Source of the DNA: Ramazzottius varieornatus
Taxonomy: Eukaryota > Animalia > Tardigrada
Length of the DNA: 64,000 nucleotides
Direction: 5' to 3'
NCBI GenBank assembly: GCA_001949185.1
Contig: BDGG01000006.1
Coordinates: 1,408,827 to 1,472,826 of the forward strand
The translations under genes were made by a program, and so were the position numbers. Each line of letters opens with the position of its first letter. Position 1 is the first letter of the stretch. The notes beneath the pieces are model-generated. The model searched no databases and was not told the origin of the DNA. It saw nothing but the letters and a program-made list of their open reading frames with translations. This document shows, piece after piece, positions 49,515 to 62,850 of the stretch.

Positions 49515-51070
49515 TTAGTCCTGCCAGAGAGCCAAAAAACCGTCGTCATATACACCGGCCGGATTAGCTTTGTCGTCGATTTGTAGGTGCCGGAATGGAA
49601 TAGCGCTGCTGCTGAAGTAGGAGATCCTTTCCATCATGCGCAGTACGATATCGGGATGCTCTGTTGCATTATTATTCCTTTCACATGGGTCCTTCACGAC
49701 GTTGAAGAATCACGGCGCCACGTTTGGCTCACAAGATGTAATAATCGAGTCTGCGCAGTAAAGCCTTCCCGGGACATCGGTGAGCAATGATGTCTTCAGT
49801 CCCCTGCTCAGTCCGTACCGACCAACCTGAGATCAAAGTAAGAGATATCCAGTCTTTCCAACCAGAAGACGGATTGTTCCGCTTTCCCGTAAAGCCCACA
49901 GACAACTTTGTACTGGTTCCGTCGAAGGGCGTGCTCGTCGCTCTTGCTCTTCCCGCCCGCCAGATGAACAATGGTCGGTAGAAAGTCGGTGACGTGATAC
50001 AGTTCGGTGGAGACCCGACCGGCTTGACGCAGTAACGAACTCCCTACAAGCGCAGCTACCCTCACGCCGCCTTGGAATCTGGCCCAAAAGAAAATGCAGT
50101 AAGATCATAGAACCACAGATGACGGAACACTGCTTACGGTGTAGCCATTGCTCCACGTAGTGGCCAGTTGTTACCGTAGTTTGATCGGTCGAGGTTAAAA
50201 ATTGAGCCTCCTTCACCAGCTCCACCGTTATCTGACAGGAAGACCAACACTGTCTTGTCCAAGACACGCCTTTGTTCGAGAGGTTGTACAGCAGTGCCGA
50301 AAGCATCGTTCAGCGCCCAAAGTGCTAGCTGCACCTGAGAAGTCGACGTAGAAAACAGACCATTCGCGGCATTTCTCCACGGTCACAAGTAGCCAAGGTT
50401 TATCTATCGGAAGGTATGTGAGAACGGCGATAAGCGGTACCTGCGTCATGCCGGCAACCCCAATGTGCGATATCAGGGAAGCGGTTGATACTTTTTTATG
50501 GAGGTTGCTGGTTTCCGCGGCCACTGGAGGCATGACGTGCGATATGAGACAGATGGAGGAAAAAGCGCTGCTGACACAATGCTTGATACTTTCTTGAGCC
50601 AGCCCGTCAATGTTGGGTGTAGAGATGTCCGAGTGTCCATGAAAGCTGACATCGTTCCGGCCCTGCAATTACATGCTGAAAATTCCTCCATATTTTTCCC
50701 TTAAGATCAGAACATGGTCAGAACATTACAGACTGACGAGATCATCTGCCATGGTGATGACGATGTTGGGTCTTGAGGAAGAGCGTGACGGACTAACAAG
50801 GCGCTCTTCGTCCGACCAGGCCGATGGACCCGGAAGACTTCTGGAGGAGACGGACCATACGAGTACTGCAGAGGAGTGAAACAGAAGTGCGGCATTGATC
50901 AGGAAAGCTCTCAACAGCACAAGACCGAGTCCAAAGGAGGTAAGGTAGAACAGCACGTGAACGGGAATTTTATCCCATCTCAAACAACCCAAACCGCAAG
51001 TAGAAGCCCCATGTACTGTCATGCAGCGACGCTGTACCAGACCAAAAGACAAGCCAGAAAACGTGATCAT
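49515..51070 (-). pseudogene. Arylsulfatase tandem paralogue, pseudogene
   Basis: RPNIVITMADDL, GRNDVSFHG..TPNIDGLAQESI, then a direct jump to the LSH..HASSG region: CxPxR and the following exons are missing. Frameshifts and deletions in the FLSDNGG, HVTDFLPT and DPCE regions. Confidence 0.85.
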
Positions 51071-51262
51071 GCCGTATCTTTATGGTTCAAATAATCTCAT
51101 CTTCTGAACACAGACTTTGAAAGTTGAATGGAGACCGTGCCGTAGCAACTCCACTGATATATGCGATTATTTAACGAACTGTACGTCAAATGAAAAAATA
51201 CCAAATAAAAAAGATAAAACCCGGAAACCAAACATCTGTAAAAAATATGGAAACGTTTCGGA

Positions 51263-54200
51263 TCACAGACAGTGTTGGGTAGATTTGCGGTCAAAGCTTT
51301 GACAGAATGGGTGCAGCTTGACTTCCGCCAAAGTCAGCCGCTCTTTAGCTCCGTACTTCAGCATCTAAAACAGATGAAACCGCTAAGATCAGAACTACCG
51401 TACCCTGGATAAGAGATACGGTAGCGGATTTGGATCTCACTTTGCGTAAAAGATCCTCGGCTTCCGCCGTAACTTCTTCCGGTATTCGCAAAGATCGATG
51501 CGAACTGGGCTTTACCGGGTTAACATTCGCAAAACACTGGAAAAAATCAGACCTCATCATACAATGATACAACCAAAACTGGTCCTACAGTATCATCACG
51601 AACAGTAAGTGTGTGACGATCGACGCCATTTTTTCCCCATGTTGACGCACATATTTAAAGTTACCTTTCCGGTGACAAGCTCGAACAATATCACGCCGAT
51701 GCTCCACACGTCACACGAAGGCGTCGGTTCCTCGCCCACCCTACTCATTTCTGGAAAAACGAAAATATCAGGGTCAACACAGTAGGCAAGGCACGAATGA
51801 TCAGTCCATTTCCCATCCAATAGATAAACGCTCGGTCGACAAACTCGAACAGATCTTTTTCTCAATTGGCGCACGGCTTCTGTGTTATTGGCTCAGAACG
51901 TGCGGCACTTAGGAGAAAGAATCTGGTCGAGTCTGATTGGCGAGCTCTCTGTCGTAACACAACTTTTTCTCACCGGGGGCAAGATAAAAGTCGTCCAAAG
52001 CATCTGGTTCATCGAAAGAGCGAACCACGGAGGACCACTGACTGAAATATGTCAGTTTTATATGACCTGAAAGACAGTCCCAGATTAGTGAACGCCTGGT
52101 TGCTACACTTTTCTGAAGCTCCACAGCGCAAAGGAATACCTTTTTCGCCGAGGAGAACGTTGTGCATCGCCAGATCGACACAAAAAATTCCCAACTCATG
52201 TAGCGCTTCAACTGCCAACACGATCTCCAACAGCCAGACGCGCGCCAAACTCTCGGGTACTTTTCTTCGAACCCACTCACCGACTTCCCGACAGGAAGGC
52301 TTGTCCGCGAACCAGTCGAACTCTCCACTAGCTGCATTTTTCACGATACCACCGTCGACCGCGTCCGGATATTCTCTAACCGGACGGCCGTTGAGCTTAC
52401 GGGAATGTGGTGAAGGTGAGCGCGAACGCGTCAAAGGCGACGCCGCTAACTTTACTCCACTTGTGTAAATCGTCTCGTCCAGTGACTCCAATAGCCTGAA
52501 GACAAACCGCCAGAAAATGATGCAAAAACTTATAATAACCATATACAGCAGAAACCAAGACATGATGACTAGGACGACGGCAAACAAATTCCACCAGGTT
52601 ATCTCCCTAAGTGGCGCATACTTCCAGCCAACATCACTGAAAGGTGCGCCACCAAGAAAAATGCTTTGGTCGAGCACCCAGTTACTAGTGTTGACACTGC
52701 ATACTCTTTTGACTTGGCAATGAGGTGACCGGCATCAAGCTCCCCCACGTCCTTCCAGTTGCTCAGCCCACGCAACGTCGGCGAGGCTGACGGTTCCACC
52801 GACTGGAGGAAACTCGCGTCTACGTTGACTGTAACCGCAAGTTCGCCTTCCCTCAACAACTCCATCGAATCTATCAAGCTTCCTTCATCGAAAACATCCT
52901 CTGTTTCCTCCACCATGTCGCCTTCCTCGACGGATATCGACGTCGAGAACGATTGGCGTTTGGCTTCAAAGGCTTCGACTGGTTCCACACGAGCGAGCGA
53001 GGTACTTCTCGACCGGGCATTCTTGTAGAAGATTTCGGCGTAGCTGTCGGTAGTACTCGAGTCCTCTTCGGTAGCTGAAGGGATGGACTTGGTGAGCTTT
53101 CGCCACGAAGAAGAGAAGGTCTCTGAACTGGAGGACGTTTTGGAAAGTGCGGGAGAACAGGAGTCAGTCTTTTTCAACGGGTTTTCCCCAGTTGTCTACA
53201 AAAAGGAAGAAACACGGTAAGCAACTAGGAGTGTGGGACTTGGATAAAAAAGCCGACAAGATCGTTCACTTCAAGTAGCGCATGCTTTCAGCCAATACCG
53301 CTGTAAACATGCGCCACTCCGCAATATATTCAAATTCGTCAAAATCGTTTTTCTAAGCGGCGCACGCTGTCAGCCAACAAGACTGAATATATGGGTCACT
53401 TATGAAAACAATCTTGCCGAGCACCCAGTATCACAAAAAAAGTTTGACGTTCATTCTGCAGCAACGATCAAACTGCCCATCAATTCCAAGCACCGAGCTG
53501 GGCTGTCATTTGAAGCTGACCACTGTTCGAGATGAGCCACTACGTTAGATACACACAGAGCAGCTTTTTACCATTTTCCTGCAAGTTTTTATGACCAGTT
53601 CATACCGTGACGTTGTTACTGGATTCGGCGTTGACCATACGACTAACGTAGTCTAACAGGCGTCCACCAGGGGCTCGCTCCAGTATGAGGAAGATGGCGT
53701 CGTCAGTTTCGACGAAGCGCTTCAGCTGGACCATGTACCGTTGAGGGCCCAGAGGAATGATGGTCCGTCGACTGCCGCGCTTGTTCCCACTGTGTGGACT
53801 CTTGTGGATGACCTACGACCATTCTTGATGAAAGTTTGCTTTCACTCATATTCCCTTCACACTCTAGTTGCTTTTGGTCGATGCGCCAGATAATCATCTA
53901 TCCCAGATATTCGAGAAACAACATTTCCACTATCGGTGCGGATAACGTGAGGAAAACATCAAAAAATGCGCGAGTTTACGAAGAAAATCGAGAGACAGTT
54001 TTTCGCATCTTTTCAAAAAGTTATTTCTCCTGCTGTGCGAGTGCCAGGTCATCTTTTGAGGATAGTGGTTAGAAGAGATGGTCTATCTCTTAGAAGCGTG
54101 CTCTCGAAAACATCACTTCCAGTTGGCATGTGTCCCAAAACTTATAGAACCCCCTATGTATTTCGTACACTGAATTTAAGCGAAATTAGCTTACCTTCAG

Positions 54201-56174
54201 CACCACATTTTCATGGGAAGTTCGGTGTCGGACCAGCCATGCTTTTTCCGTGAGAAATTTCACCACCTGAATAACCAGACTGCGATACTCTATCAGCTCT
54301 TACGCGGCAAAGTAGGAACTTACACAGTACTCGGCTAGTTCGGCGCGTGTACCAGCCGCCGTCGAGTACTCCGAATGGACCAGTTGTTCCTTGCTGTCCA
54401 CCAGGCTTTCAGTGACATGCTCACAGTACAGTTGCTCGGCCTTCGCCAGGTACTTGGCCGCTTTCCGCCGGACCGCATCCCGTCTTACGGGATCACTGTC
54501 ACTCTGCACACCTTTGAGAAGGATATCGATGCCCAGTTTATACAGCCCAAAGGCCACCTACAAAATCCAAAGTCCAACATCAGCACTACAGTCCCGCGAC
54601 CCGTATTCTGTATGCTCAAACTCCACCAGAGCGTTTTCCCAAGTGACGCAAATTTTCGATGCTACTAGCCTGCGCCAGTTCAAAAGACGCTCTGGATAGA
54701 GTTAGTTTGTGAAGCTCTGAAATGTGAAAATCATCCAGGTATTTTGTGAGTGTGTATGTACCTCATAGTCTCCAGCCAGTTCCTTGTCAGTCGCTCGGGC
54801 CAAATGATGTCCGGCAATGAAGAGGTAGTCTTCCTCGCCGGTTTTTCTGTCCTCGTCCGGCTTCTTCTTCTCACCCTCCGTCAACAGCCTGGAATGTTGT
54901 GGTGCGACAGCAACCGCGTTATTCTTCTTTTTAGGTGACATGACTTCCTTCATCTCATCTCCATCTTCAACCTCAACACCCTCATCCAGATCAACCGATG
55001 CGTCTTTCAGAAGCGATTCTACATGCACGCCATCTCCTCTACCGTCATCTAGCCCTAAAATTTCTTCATCAAACTCGCCTAAGGACCCGGAAGTAAGGGT
55101 GACCGTCAGGACTTGGTCAGTGGCTTCAGTTATGTCGTACGACTCGGAGGGCGAAGGCAGTTCTTCGTCGCGCAGATGCGTCCATGTTCCCTGGATGGGC
55201 GACAAGCAACCTTCGAAAAATTCCTCTCTCACTTCCGGGAAACGGCCACCTATGTCAGGTTTATCAAGTTCTTCAGAAGTCAGAAGACTGTTCAGGGAGT
55301 CACTGGTGGGAAGTAAACTATGCAGTTGCTTGGGTTTGAGGATGGGAACGTTGTCGAGTCTTTCGTGAGTAGGAGTTACTTCCTGACCATCCTAAAAGAT
55401 GAAGTAGCGATTGGAATGAACTGTAAAAAAATCCACTGAGGGCTTATGAACGTAGCTCATACGTAGCTCGAAAGGTAGGACGAGTAAGTACCTTGAGAAA
55501 TTCTGTGACAAGTTCGTTCCGACAGAGAATAGGAAAATCGCTAATGAAGTTGAGGACTTTCTCGGCAGCTTGGCGTCGTTGTTCGATCACTTCTTCGTCC
55601 TTGCGTTCTGCCAAAAATTAATGTTGTTTCACGGAGCGAAACATCAAAGTGACAAAGATGACAGACGTACTCAGGATAACGGGTTTCGGAAAGGAGGGAA
55701 ATGAGCCTTTCAGGAAGAGTGCTGCGTGTAGCTCGGCAAGCTTTTTGTGAAGCACTTGGAATTCAGAGTAGCGTTTCCACCATACAACCTGCGAAGAAAG
55801 ATGTGAAAAAAATCAAAAGAACTCTAGCAGAATCCGGGAGCATATGTACCTCTTGTACTGACTGCGAAACGTCCACGGGAATCACCTGCGGAAAAGAAAG
55901 CCAGTCGACGACAATTGAAACACAGAACAACCCGGATTTCTACTTCGCATAAGCCATTCTTATGACGTAACGACCATTAAAACAACCGAATGGTTTGGTG
56001 TCCAACCAAACAGAAACCATGCATTGTGTAAAGACATTTGCCGATAACCAAAAATTGATTTACCTGCAGAGTGACTTTGTACAGAACATGTCCGCGGGAA
56101 TGCCGGACGGTTTCGGAAACGATGAAATGCCAGGAAGATTGGTTTCGTCCACGATCTTCCACTTTGAACGACAT
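51263..56174 (-). CDS. RPS6KC1: Ribosomal protein S6 kinase delta-1-like (PX + MIT + split pseudokinase), multi-exon
   Basis: N-terminal PX (ETVRHSRGHVLYKVTLQ; FPSFPKP; VIEQRRQAA). MIT (AFGLYKLGIDILLKGVQSDSDPVRRDAVRRKAAKYLAKAEQLY). Ser-rich insert. Kinase C-lobe (WLLEIVLAVEALHELGIFCVDLAMHNVLL; CDVWSIGVILFELVTG). Last exon MLKYGAKERLTLAEVKLHPF..CL* with stop at 51263-51265. Confidence 0.88.
53253..53416. repeat. Two tandem copies of the ~80-bp GTGGCGCAC hairpin family (RPS6KC1 intron)
   Basis: CAAGATCGTT..AAGTAGCGCA..CAGCCAATA..TGCGCCACT and AAAATCGTTTTTCTAAGCGGCGCAC..CAGCCAACA..CACTTATGAAAACAATCTTG. Confidence 0.7.
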
Positions 56175-57242
56175 TATCGTCTGGTCATCCTGCTGGTTGA
56201 ATCCCGAGATCGATCACACCTGCGCCCGGATAATTTTTCACGTCGATCGTACTCTTGCTCACAATAACGATACATGGATCCGTTAAAGCCTCTGCTTCAC
56301 ATTCTAACATCGCGAGGATCTATCACGGTAAACGAGAACGAAGGGGACGACTTTCAAGTTTCAAGCGAGAACTAACTTAAAGTGGAATGAAATCAGCTGC
56401 GCACAGTGCACACTGTGTGTGGTATAATAAATCAATCAAATCACAGCAGCAGGTCGGTCCAGTTAAGCCGTATTTGGATACCAGACCAGGACACTCCATT
56501 GTTGGAATCGGTCTCTACCGAAACCCAGTCGCTGACAAGAAATTTCACTTCCTCGTCCTCCGCCATTCGATGATTTCCTGCTGAAATTCCTGCGTCATCA
56601 TTCGAGGTTCCTCAAAGCATATGACTTAATCTGAGCTTTGAAGAACACGGAGTCTAGCATCTGTAAAAACATCATCGACTTCAACATCGAGAAGTCTGGG
56701 TGATGGTTACCATAGCTTTCCCTTCGGGAATTGACTTAAATTAACAGCAAGGATTGATCCTCACGTGGTCCGTTCTGCAGTAATCCACGATAGTTCACTT
56801 ATTACGAGACCATAAACATCTTGGAAACCTGTGAGGGAGTGCCGCACTAAAGCAGAGCGACTAATTTCGAGAAATCATTGTCCTTGGTCTGGAGTGGCTG
56901 GTCCGGACCGATTGATCAGACCAGGACAGTGTGTGTGTTTGTGTGTGTCGGCCGTGTGACGTCAAGCTTTGTATGAGTGGCCCGCACCAGCCTGTGTAAA
57001 TGGAATACCGGTGACGACATTTGCACGTGGTCGCTTTCTTCAGTTTCATTTGAGCCGTACAGCGTCGCAGCACTGTTTGTGTGCTGCTGTACACAAGGTT
57101 GTGTGGCTGGCAGCTTTGGTTCCTTGCTTCTACTTTGTCACCATTGTTTATCCCCTCAATATTGCCACCATGTCTGTCTCCTTGTAGGTTGAAGGTATAG
57201 CAGATTCCACGGCCGACCAGAATCCTGGCTGGGACCGCCGAG
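56175..57242. promoter_or_regulatory. Divergent (head-to-head) upstream region of RPS6KC1 and CK1-alpha
   Basis: Start codons are ~1.07 kb apart on opposite strands. TGACGTCA at 56957-56964 and a likely 5'UTR splice acceptor (CTCCTTGTAG) at ~57188. Confidence 0.45.
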
Positions 57243-59780
57243 ATGAACAACCTGGGGATCGTGGCCCGTGGCGAGTTTGTGGTGGCTGGACGCTATCGTC
57301 TGGTACGAAAGATCGGAGGAGGCTCGTTCGGGGACATCTACCTCGGGATCTCCATCACGTCAGGCGAGGAAGTTGCCGTCAAACTCGAGCCCAAAACGGC
57401 TGCCCATCCCCAGTTGATGTACGAGTCCAAACTCTACAAAATCTTGCAAGGCGGAGTGGGAATACCTCATATTCGGTAAGTTACCTCGTTTCTGTCAAAC
57501 CTGGATTGATTGATTTGTCTTAACATCATTTTACCATGACACTCTAAATCGTCCACGTGACCCGTGCTTCTTTAACCGGAACCACGTGGGGTTTGTTGTT
57601 CAGCATCAGTCGAGTTGATTGCGAAGTCGTTGATTTGCCGAATCGAATAATTTCCAATTTAAAGAGACCCGGTGGTTGCCTATTATCCTTACCGATGTCA
57701 CGTGACTATTTGGAGCCACTTGATTGATAGTTGATGATTAAATGGAAACTCTTCGCGGATGTTACAGCATGTTGCCTTGTTCGTTCGTGCTGCTCCTTTG
57801 GTTGGACTATGTGCTCTTTGTTTATTTTACTTTAATAACATAACCAGCATTGTGGTAGTTACTTTCTCATCGACCTCGGCTGAGGAAGGCTTCAAGGGAC
57901 AATGTGAAAAGATGCAAGGATGGTCCTTCGTCCGTGTCAAGAACACCCTTCCTCACATCTTTGAGTCAGCTAACCTTACCACTCTCGTCTTTTACAGAAA
58001 GGAAAACCTATAAAGAAGCAAGAAAGGAACTAAGGAAGGTGTTTTTGGTTGTTTTGCAGGTGGTTCGGGACGGAGCGCGAGTACAATGTGCTGGTCATGG
58101 ATTTGCTGGGTCCGTCGTTGGAAGATCTCTTCAATTTCTGCGGACGACGCTTCACCATCAAGACGGTCCTCATGTTGGCCGATCAGGTACGGCACAGCCA
58201 CACATTACATTAATCTTTTGTTGGTCTTGGACGACAACTGAGCTGTGTTGTCTTTCAAAGTCGACGTGAGTAGTCGTGAGAGAGAAAGACTCTTGCGTCA
58301 CTTGCCCGTACTGTCCATCTAGACATTTTTCCGTCAGCCCTACCTTGTCATTATGTTAATCTCTCATTACGTAACTGTACCCTCGAAAAAGCTCTTGAAA
58401 AAGAAATTTGTGACAAAGAGAACTCGAATTTAGCTGTGTAATTACTTTTAATGTCGTAAAATGAATCATTACCAATACTAATTGCCTCGTCACTTTTCAG
58501 ATGATTGCTCGCGTCGAGTACGTTCACAACAGGAATTTCATCCACCGAGATATCAAACCTGATAACTTCCTGATGGGAATTGGCCGCCACTGCAACAAGG
58601 TAAACAGTAACTGTGCCACAGATGATCTCACCCAGATTGTTGTTTCAAGTGGCGCACGCTCTCGTTGTGAATGGCTAAAAGTGTACGCTACTTTGGGAAA
58701 ATACTCTGAGTAGAATCTGAGTAGAAACCATAATAAAAGACAATTGCAAAATTCGAAAGAAATGTTCACTGAAATGTCTTTGTGTTTCTTCGCAGTTATT
58801 CCTGATTGACTTTGGTCTGGCTAAGAAATACAGAGACAGTCGAACGCGGCAGCATATACCGTATCGCGAGGACAAGAACCTGACGGGAACGGCGCGCTAT
58901 GCTTCAATCAATGCTCATCTGGGTATTGAACAAAGGTTCGTCTGTACAGCTTAGCCCCGCCAACGATGCTAATTTGCTCATGTTTCCAAGAGGTGTTCGT
59001 TTACAGTCGTCGAGACGACATGGAATCTCTGGGCTATGTCATGATGTACTTCAACCGAGGCAGCCTGCCTTGGCAAGGCCTGAAAGCCGCCAACAAGAAG
59101 CAAAAGTACGAAAAGATTAGCGAAAGGAAGATGACCACCGTCGTCGAAAGCCTCTGCAAGGTAAGATCATCAGGAAAACAGTAAAAACTCCCTGGAAGAC
59201 TCTTCCTGGACTCGAAACGGATTTCGGATGTTGGTATTTTTTCCATGAAGTGTCAGAAATAGAAACCATGGTAGTTTTGTGTGGTTGGTCGGTTCGGAAT
59301 GTTTGGTTTTTATTGGTGAAGCCCGTTAATTTTTTCTTGGGTCGCTGCAGTATGAATCATGGTACCTCTATGTGGACTCTCGGTTACAAAATGTCTGGTT
59401 TCTATTTCAAATTACGGTCAGATTTTCCATGGGTCACTGCGAATGGGAATTTGAGGCTGGTTATCAAATGAGAAGGTTTACCCGTCTTTTAGGGTGTTTC
59501 GGTGTTGTCTAAAGGGATATGAACGGATTTTTTTGTGTCTTTGCAGGGTTACCCGGCTGAATTTGCAATGTACCTAAACTATTGCAGAGGCTTACGCTTT
59601 GAAGAAGCACCCGACTACATGTACCTGCGGCAGTTATTCCGAATCCTTTTCCGGACGTTGAATCACCAGTACGATTACGTCTTTGACTGGACGCTGCTGA
59701 AGCAGAAGGCAGCTTCGGTCGGGGGCAGTTCGGCTGGCACACCAGCCACAGCGACGGCCACCGCGGCACATAGGGAATAA
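57243..59780 (+). CDS. CSNK1A1: Casein kinase I isoform alpha, join(57243..57475,58060..58186,58501..58599,58796..58935,59007..59160,59547..59780), 328 aa
   Basis: [69 protein letters not shown] (alpha-type), [33 protein letters not shown]. All junctions are GT-AG and in frame (987 nt). Confidence 0.97.
58632..58708. repeat. ~80-bp GTGGCGCAC hairpin family copy (CK1-alpha intron)
   Basis: CCAGATTGTTGTTTCAAGTGGCGCAC...GTGTACGCTACTTTGGGAAAATACTCTG. Confidence 0.7.
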
Positions 59781-60196
59781 AAGTCTGAGGGATGATGGAT
59801 CGAACGAATAACAAGACCTGTTCACCTGTTTTTCCTGTTTCTTTTCTGTTTTGACCTAACACCCACTCACATCCACACCTCAGTCCAGTTGTTTCCTCTG
59901 TTTTGGTCAAGGCTGTTTTCTCATCTGTTACACTACCCCCTTGTTCTGACGGGGAAATAAGGCTGGCTAGCGAAGTGGTTCTGATTGATGACTGGGTTAT
60001 GATCAGTTTACGTCGAGGTTCGATGGGAAGAGCGGGCTCAGCTCCATGTTGTTCAATCTTCTTCGACTTGAAAAATTCACTCTCATTGATGTACCTGCAT
60101 ATACAATATCGCTGTATACATACTGCCCTCTGTTCTAAACCTTGATAGCGTTCGAGCCGAGGCCGCCGATGATTACTGGTCAATTTCATATGCTAC

Positions 60197-60202
60197 AATA
60201 AA
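60197..60202 (+). promoter_or_regulatory. Candidate polyadenylation signal of CK1-alpha
   Basis: AATAAA ~420 nt downstream of the stop codon. Confidence 0.4.
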
Positions 60203-62850
60203 ACCTACTCATGTGCAACCTGCCTTTCTCCAGAATTTCTTGACTCGGTCATCTGTAAGACTCAGCTTATCACCGCCCAGGAACGTCGTACCATTTGTCA
60301 GACGTGGGAATACGTTTTCCCCAATGGCGCCAATAACCAGCCAATAACAATGGAAAGGTGCGCCACTTGAGATAACGTTCTTAAGATAACGTTTGTTCGG
60401 AAAAAATTCAGTGAGTCACCAGCCGGTTTTGTCGGAACGAGGTTAAGATAAGTTTTGTCAGGATATGAATGACAAGGGGTAGCAAAACAGCCAAAACTTT
60501 ATCTGTCCGCAGTTGAACAAGCTATGCTCGTGGCCCTCGTGCTGTCCTCCCGTCCTCCAAATCAGGATTGCGGGTTGCCGCCTTTCTGCAACGTCGAACT
60601 GAAGGCCGGCATTTCTAGCGGAACTGGAGAAAATGGAGCTCGAAGTACGCGCCGTTTCATTTATTTGCCTTCGCTTGCAAAGAAGTATGCGCCACCGGCC
60701 TATACGAGTCTCCCGCCTTTTCCGCCGGAATGGAAAGGCGCATTCCGTACTCTGTCCACTGGTTTGCTCGAAGAAGTTCTGCTGTATCTGTTGATAAATT
60801 GTTGGGATGGAGAAGCCAACAGACGGTACGGTCGATCGACGACACAGCCTGCAGTGATCTAGAGTGATTTTCGCACATGGCCATATCGAATATTTCTACG
60901 GGCTTCGCGCCCTTCATACCCGACAAAAACTAGATCGAGTATCGTTCTCAGAGTCTGCCATCGCTGGAATATGGCTGTACAGAAAAGAATCCCCAGTCGT
61001 GAAATTTGCACTTTACGTTCCGCGAGGCAGTTTTGTGCCTCCGTCGCCCCTTCAGCTTTCTCCACCACAGCCTTCACGAACCAGCACAGCACCACCGGCT
61101 GTCCTCCAGGAGCTGGTCGCTCGTAAGCGACTGACTCTGCGAGGTATCGCGGTCGAGAAACTCCAAACGAGCCAGTCCTTGCCGACGACAAACTGACCGG
61201 CACTATCGACAATAGCCCCTACTGGTGAAAAGTTTGCGAGCCTTGGTCACGCCTAACTTGAATCAGGTCGAGCCTCCATGCACTGAAGGAATTTTAAACG
61301 ATTTATTGCCTGGTCTTGAGACACTAGGTAAGACTTCCATTCAGATAAACGAACAGCTGAACTTCATGATTCGTATCATGAAAGGGTTTTTTGCGAGAAA
61401 GGGTCTTTTGCTGCAGATTCCAGCCGGAACACTTCGAGAACGTCTGGGAAGGTGGCCTCACACCCATCAACTTGTCGCTTGTGGAACCCTTCGTACATGG
61501 CGCACGATGGAGTGTTGGGGATGCACCGCAGACTAATAGTTCGGATGAATGCTCAGCAGACATCACTTTGTCACGGTCACATGCTGCGTAAAATGATTTC
61601 ATCGCGATCAAAAAATAAACTATATTATTCATATGTGAGATCATACTGTAATGAAGTGACTCGACTAAGATTCTGAAGAACCAGCAATTATCAACGATAC
61701 AACGGCACCTGTAACGTCAGCGCTGCGCCAAAGAACAGCGTACAATGATGCAGCCGAAAACCGGTGTTACCAACAAAGATATCAATACGAAGCCACCGTT
61801 CGGAACTCCGCAAATTCATGATTTCGTTGCAGTGATTCATAGAGGTGTATATGCGCGATCCCAGCCGGTGGAGTATGAATACATGCATAGGTAATTGGGC
61901 ACAGTTCGTATAAAAATGGCCGAGCTTTTACCTGTCATCGTGTCCTTCTGTTCTTACAGTTAATGAGAGAAGATTTCGTTATTTCAAATTGTTCCGGTGC
62001 CCATTGACTACCTGAAATACATATACCATGTCGACTTTCTGCGCCTGCGTGTCTTCGGCTCAGCAGATGATCGGGACGGCGATCCCTTCTCGTAAACCCG
62101 GCCTCAGTACTACCCTTCCACAAACTTCCGGCTCCAGCTTTAAAATGAAGGCGGAGGCTCCGAGACCGTTGGCTCCGGATACCATCAAAGATCGAGCTAG
62201 ACAGAAGAGCCTACCAGTCGTCAACTCGCCCAGGTCATGATGCGTATAGCTTGGTGTTTGTACAGTTCAAATGACTATCATTTTTAGTACGATTACCCTA
62301 GTATCCGAACAGGGCCAGAACCGACCAGCGTGGTCGCCAATAAACTTCCGGGTTAGATTCTTCTCTGGCTCTGTTCTCGGAACTCATAACTGCAAGCGTT
62401 GAACGGTGATCTGCAGTCCTCTTTCTGACTAGGAAGTCACGTGATATATGCAAATTACTTCGAGTTATATAGTATTATCATTTTATCCAATCTATTCATC
62501 AGCTGTCAATGTCACTGTGATACCTATTTGGGAATCTGACTTTAGAATCTGACTTTATCTCGAGGAACGAATAAACGTATAATCGATGGCGAACCTTTCT
62601 GGTTAATCGTCATACTAGTAGTCAGAGGTAAGAGTGTGGATATAACCGACTGGACAAATGTAGAGTCGGGGCTCTTTTATTGTTCGCTGGATGTCTCAAG
62701 GTACAGTATACTGTATATTGATGGACAAGAGAGAACGGCCGATTCCGAGGTAACAATGAAACTTTTCTGGGTTCCCGCACATATTAGTCCTCCTCACGAC
62801 TGGCCGTAAAACTCCGTTGATTGTGTTGATCTTGAAAGTGGATTACGAAA

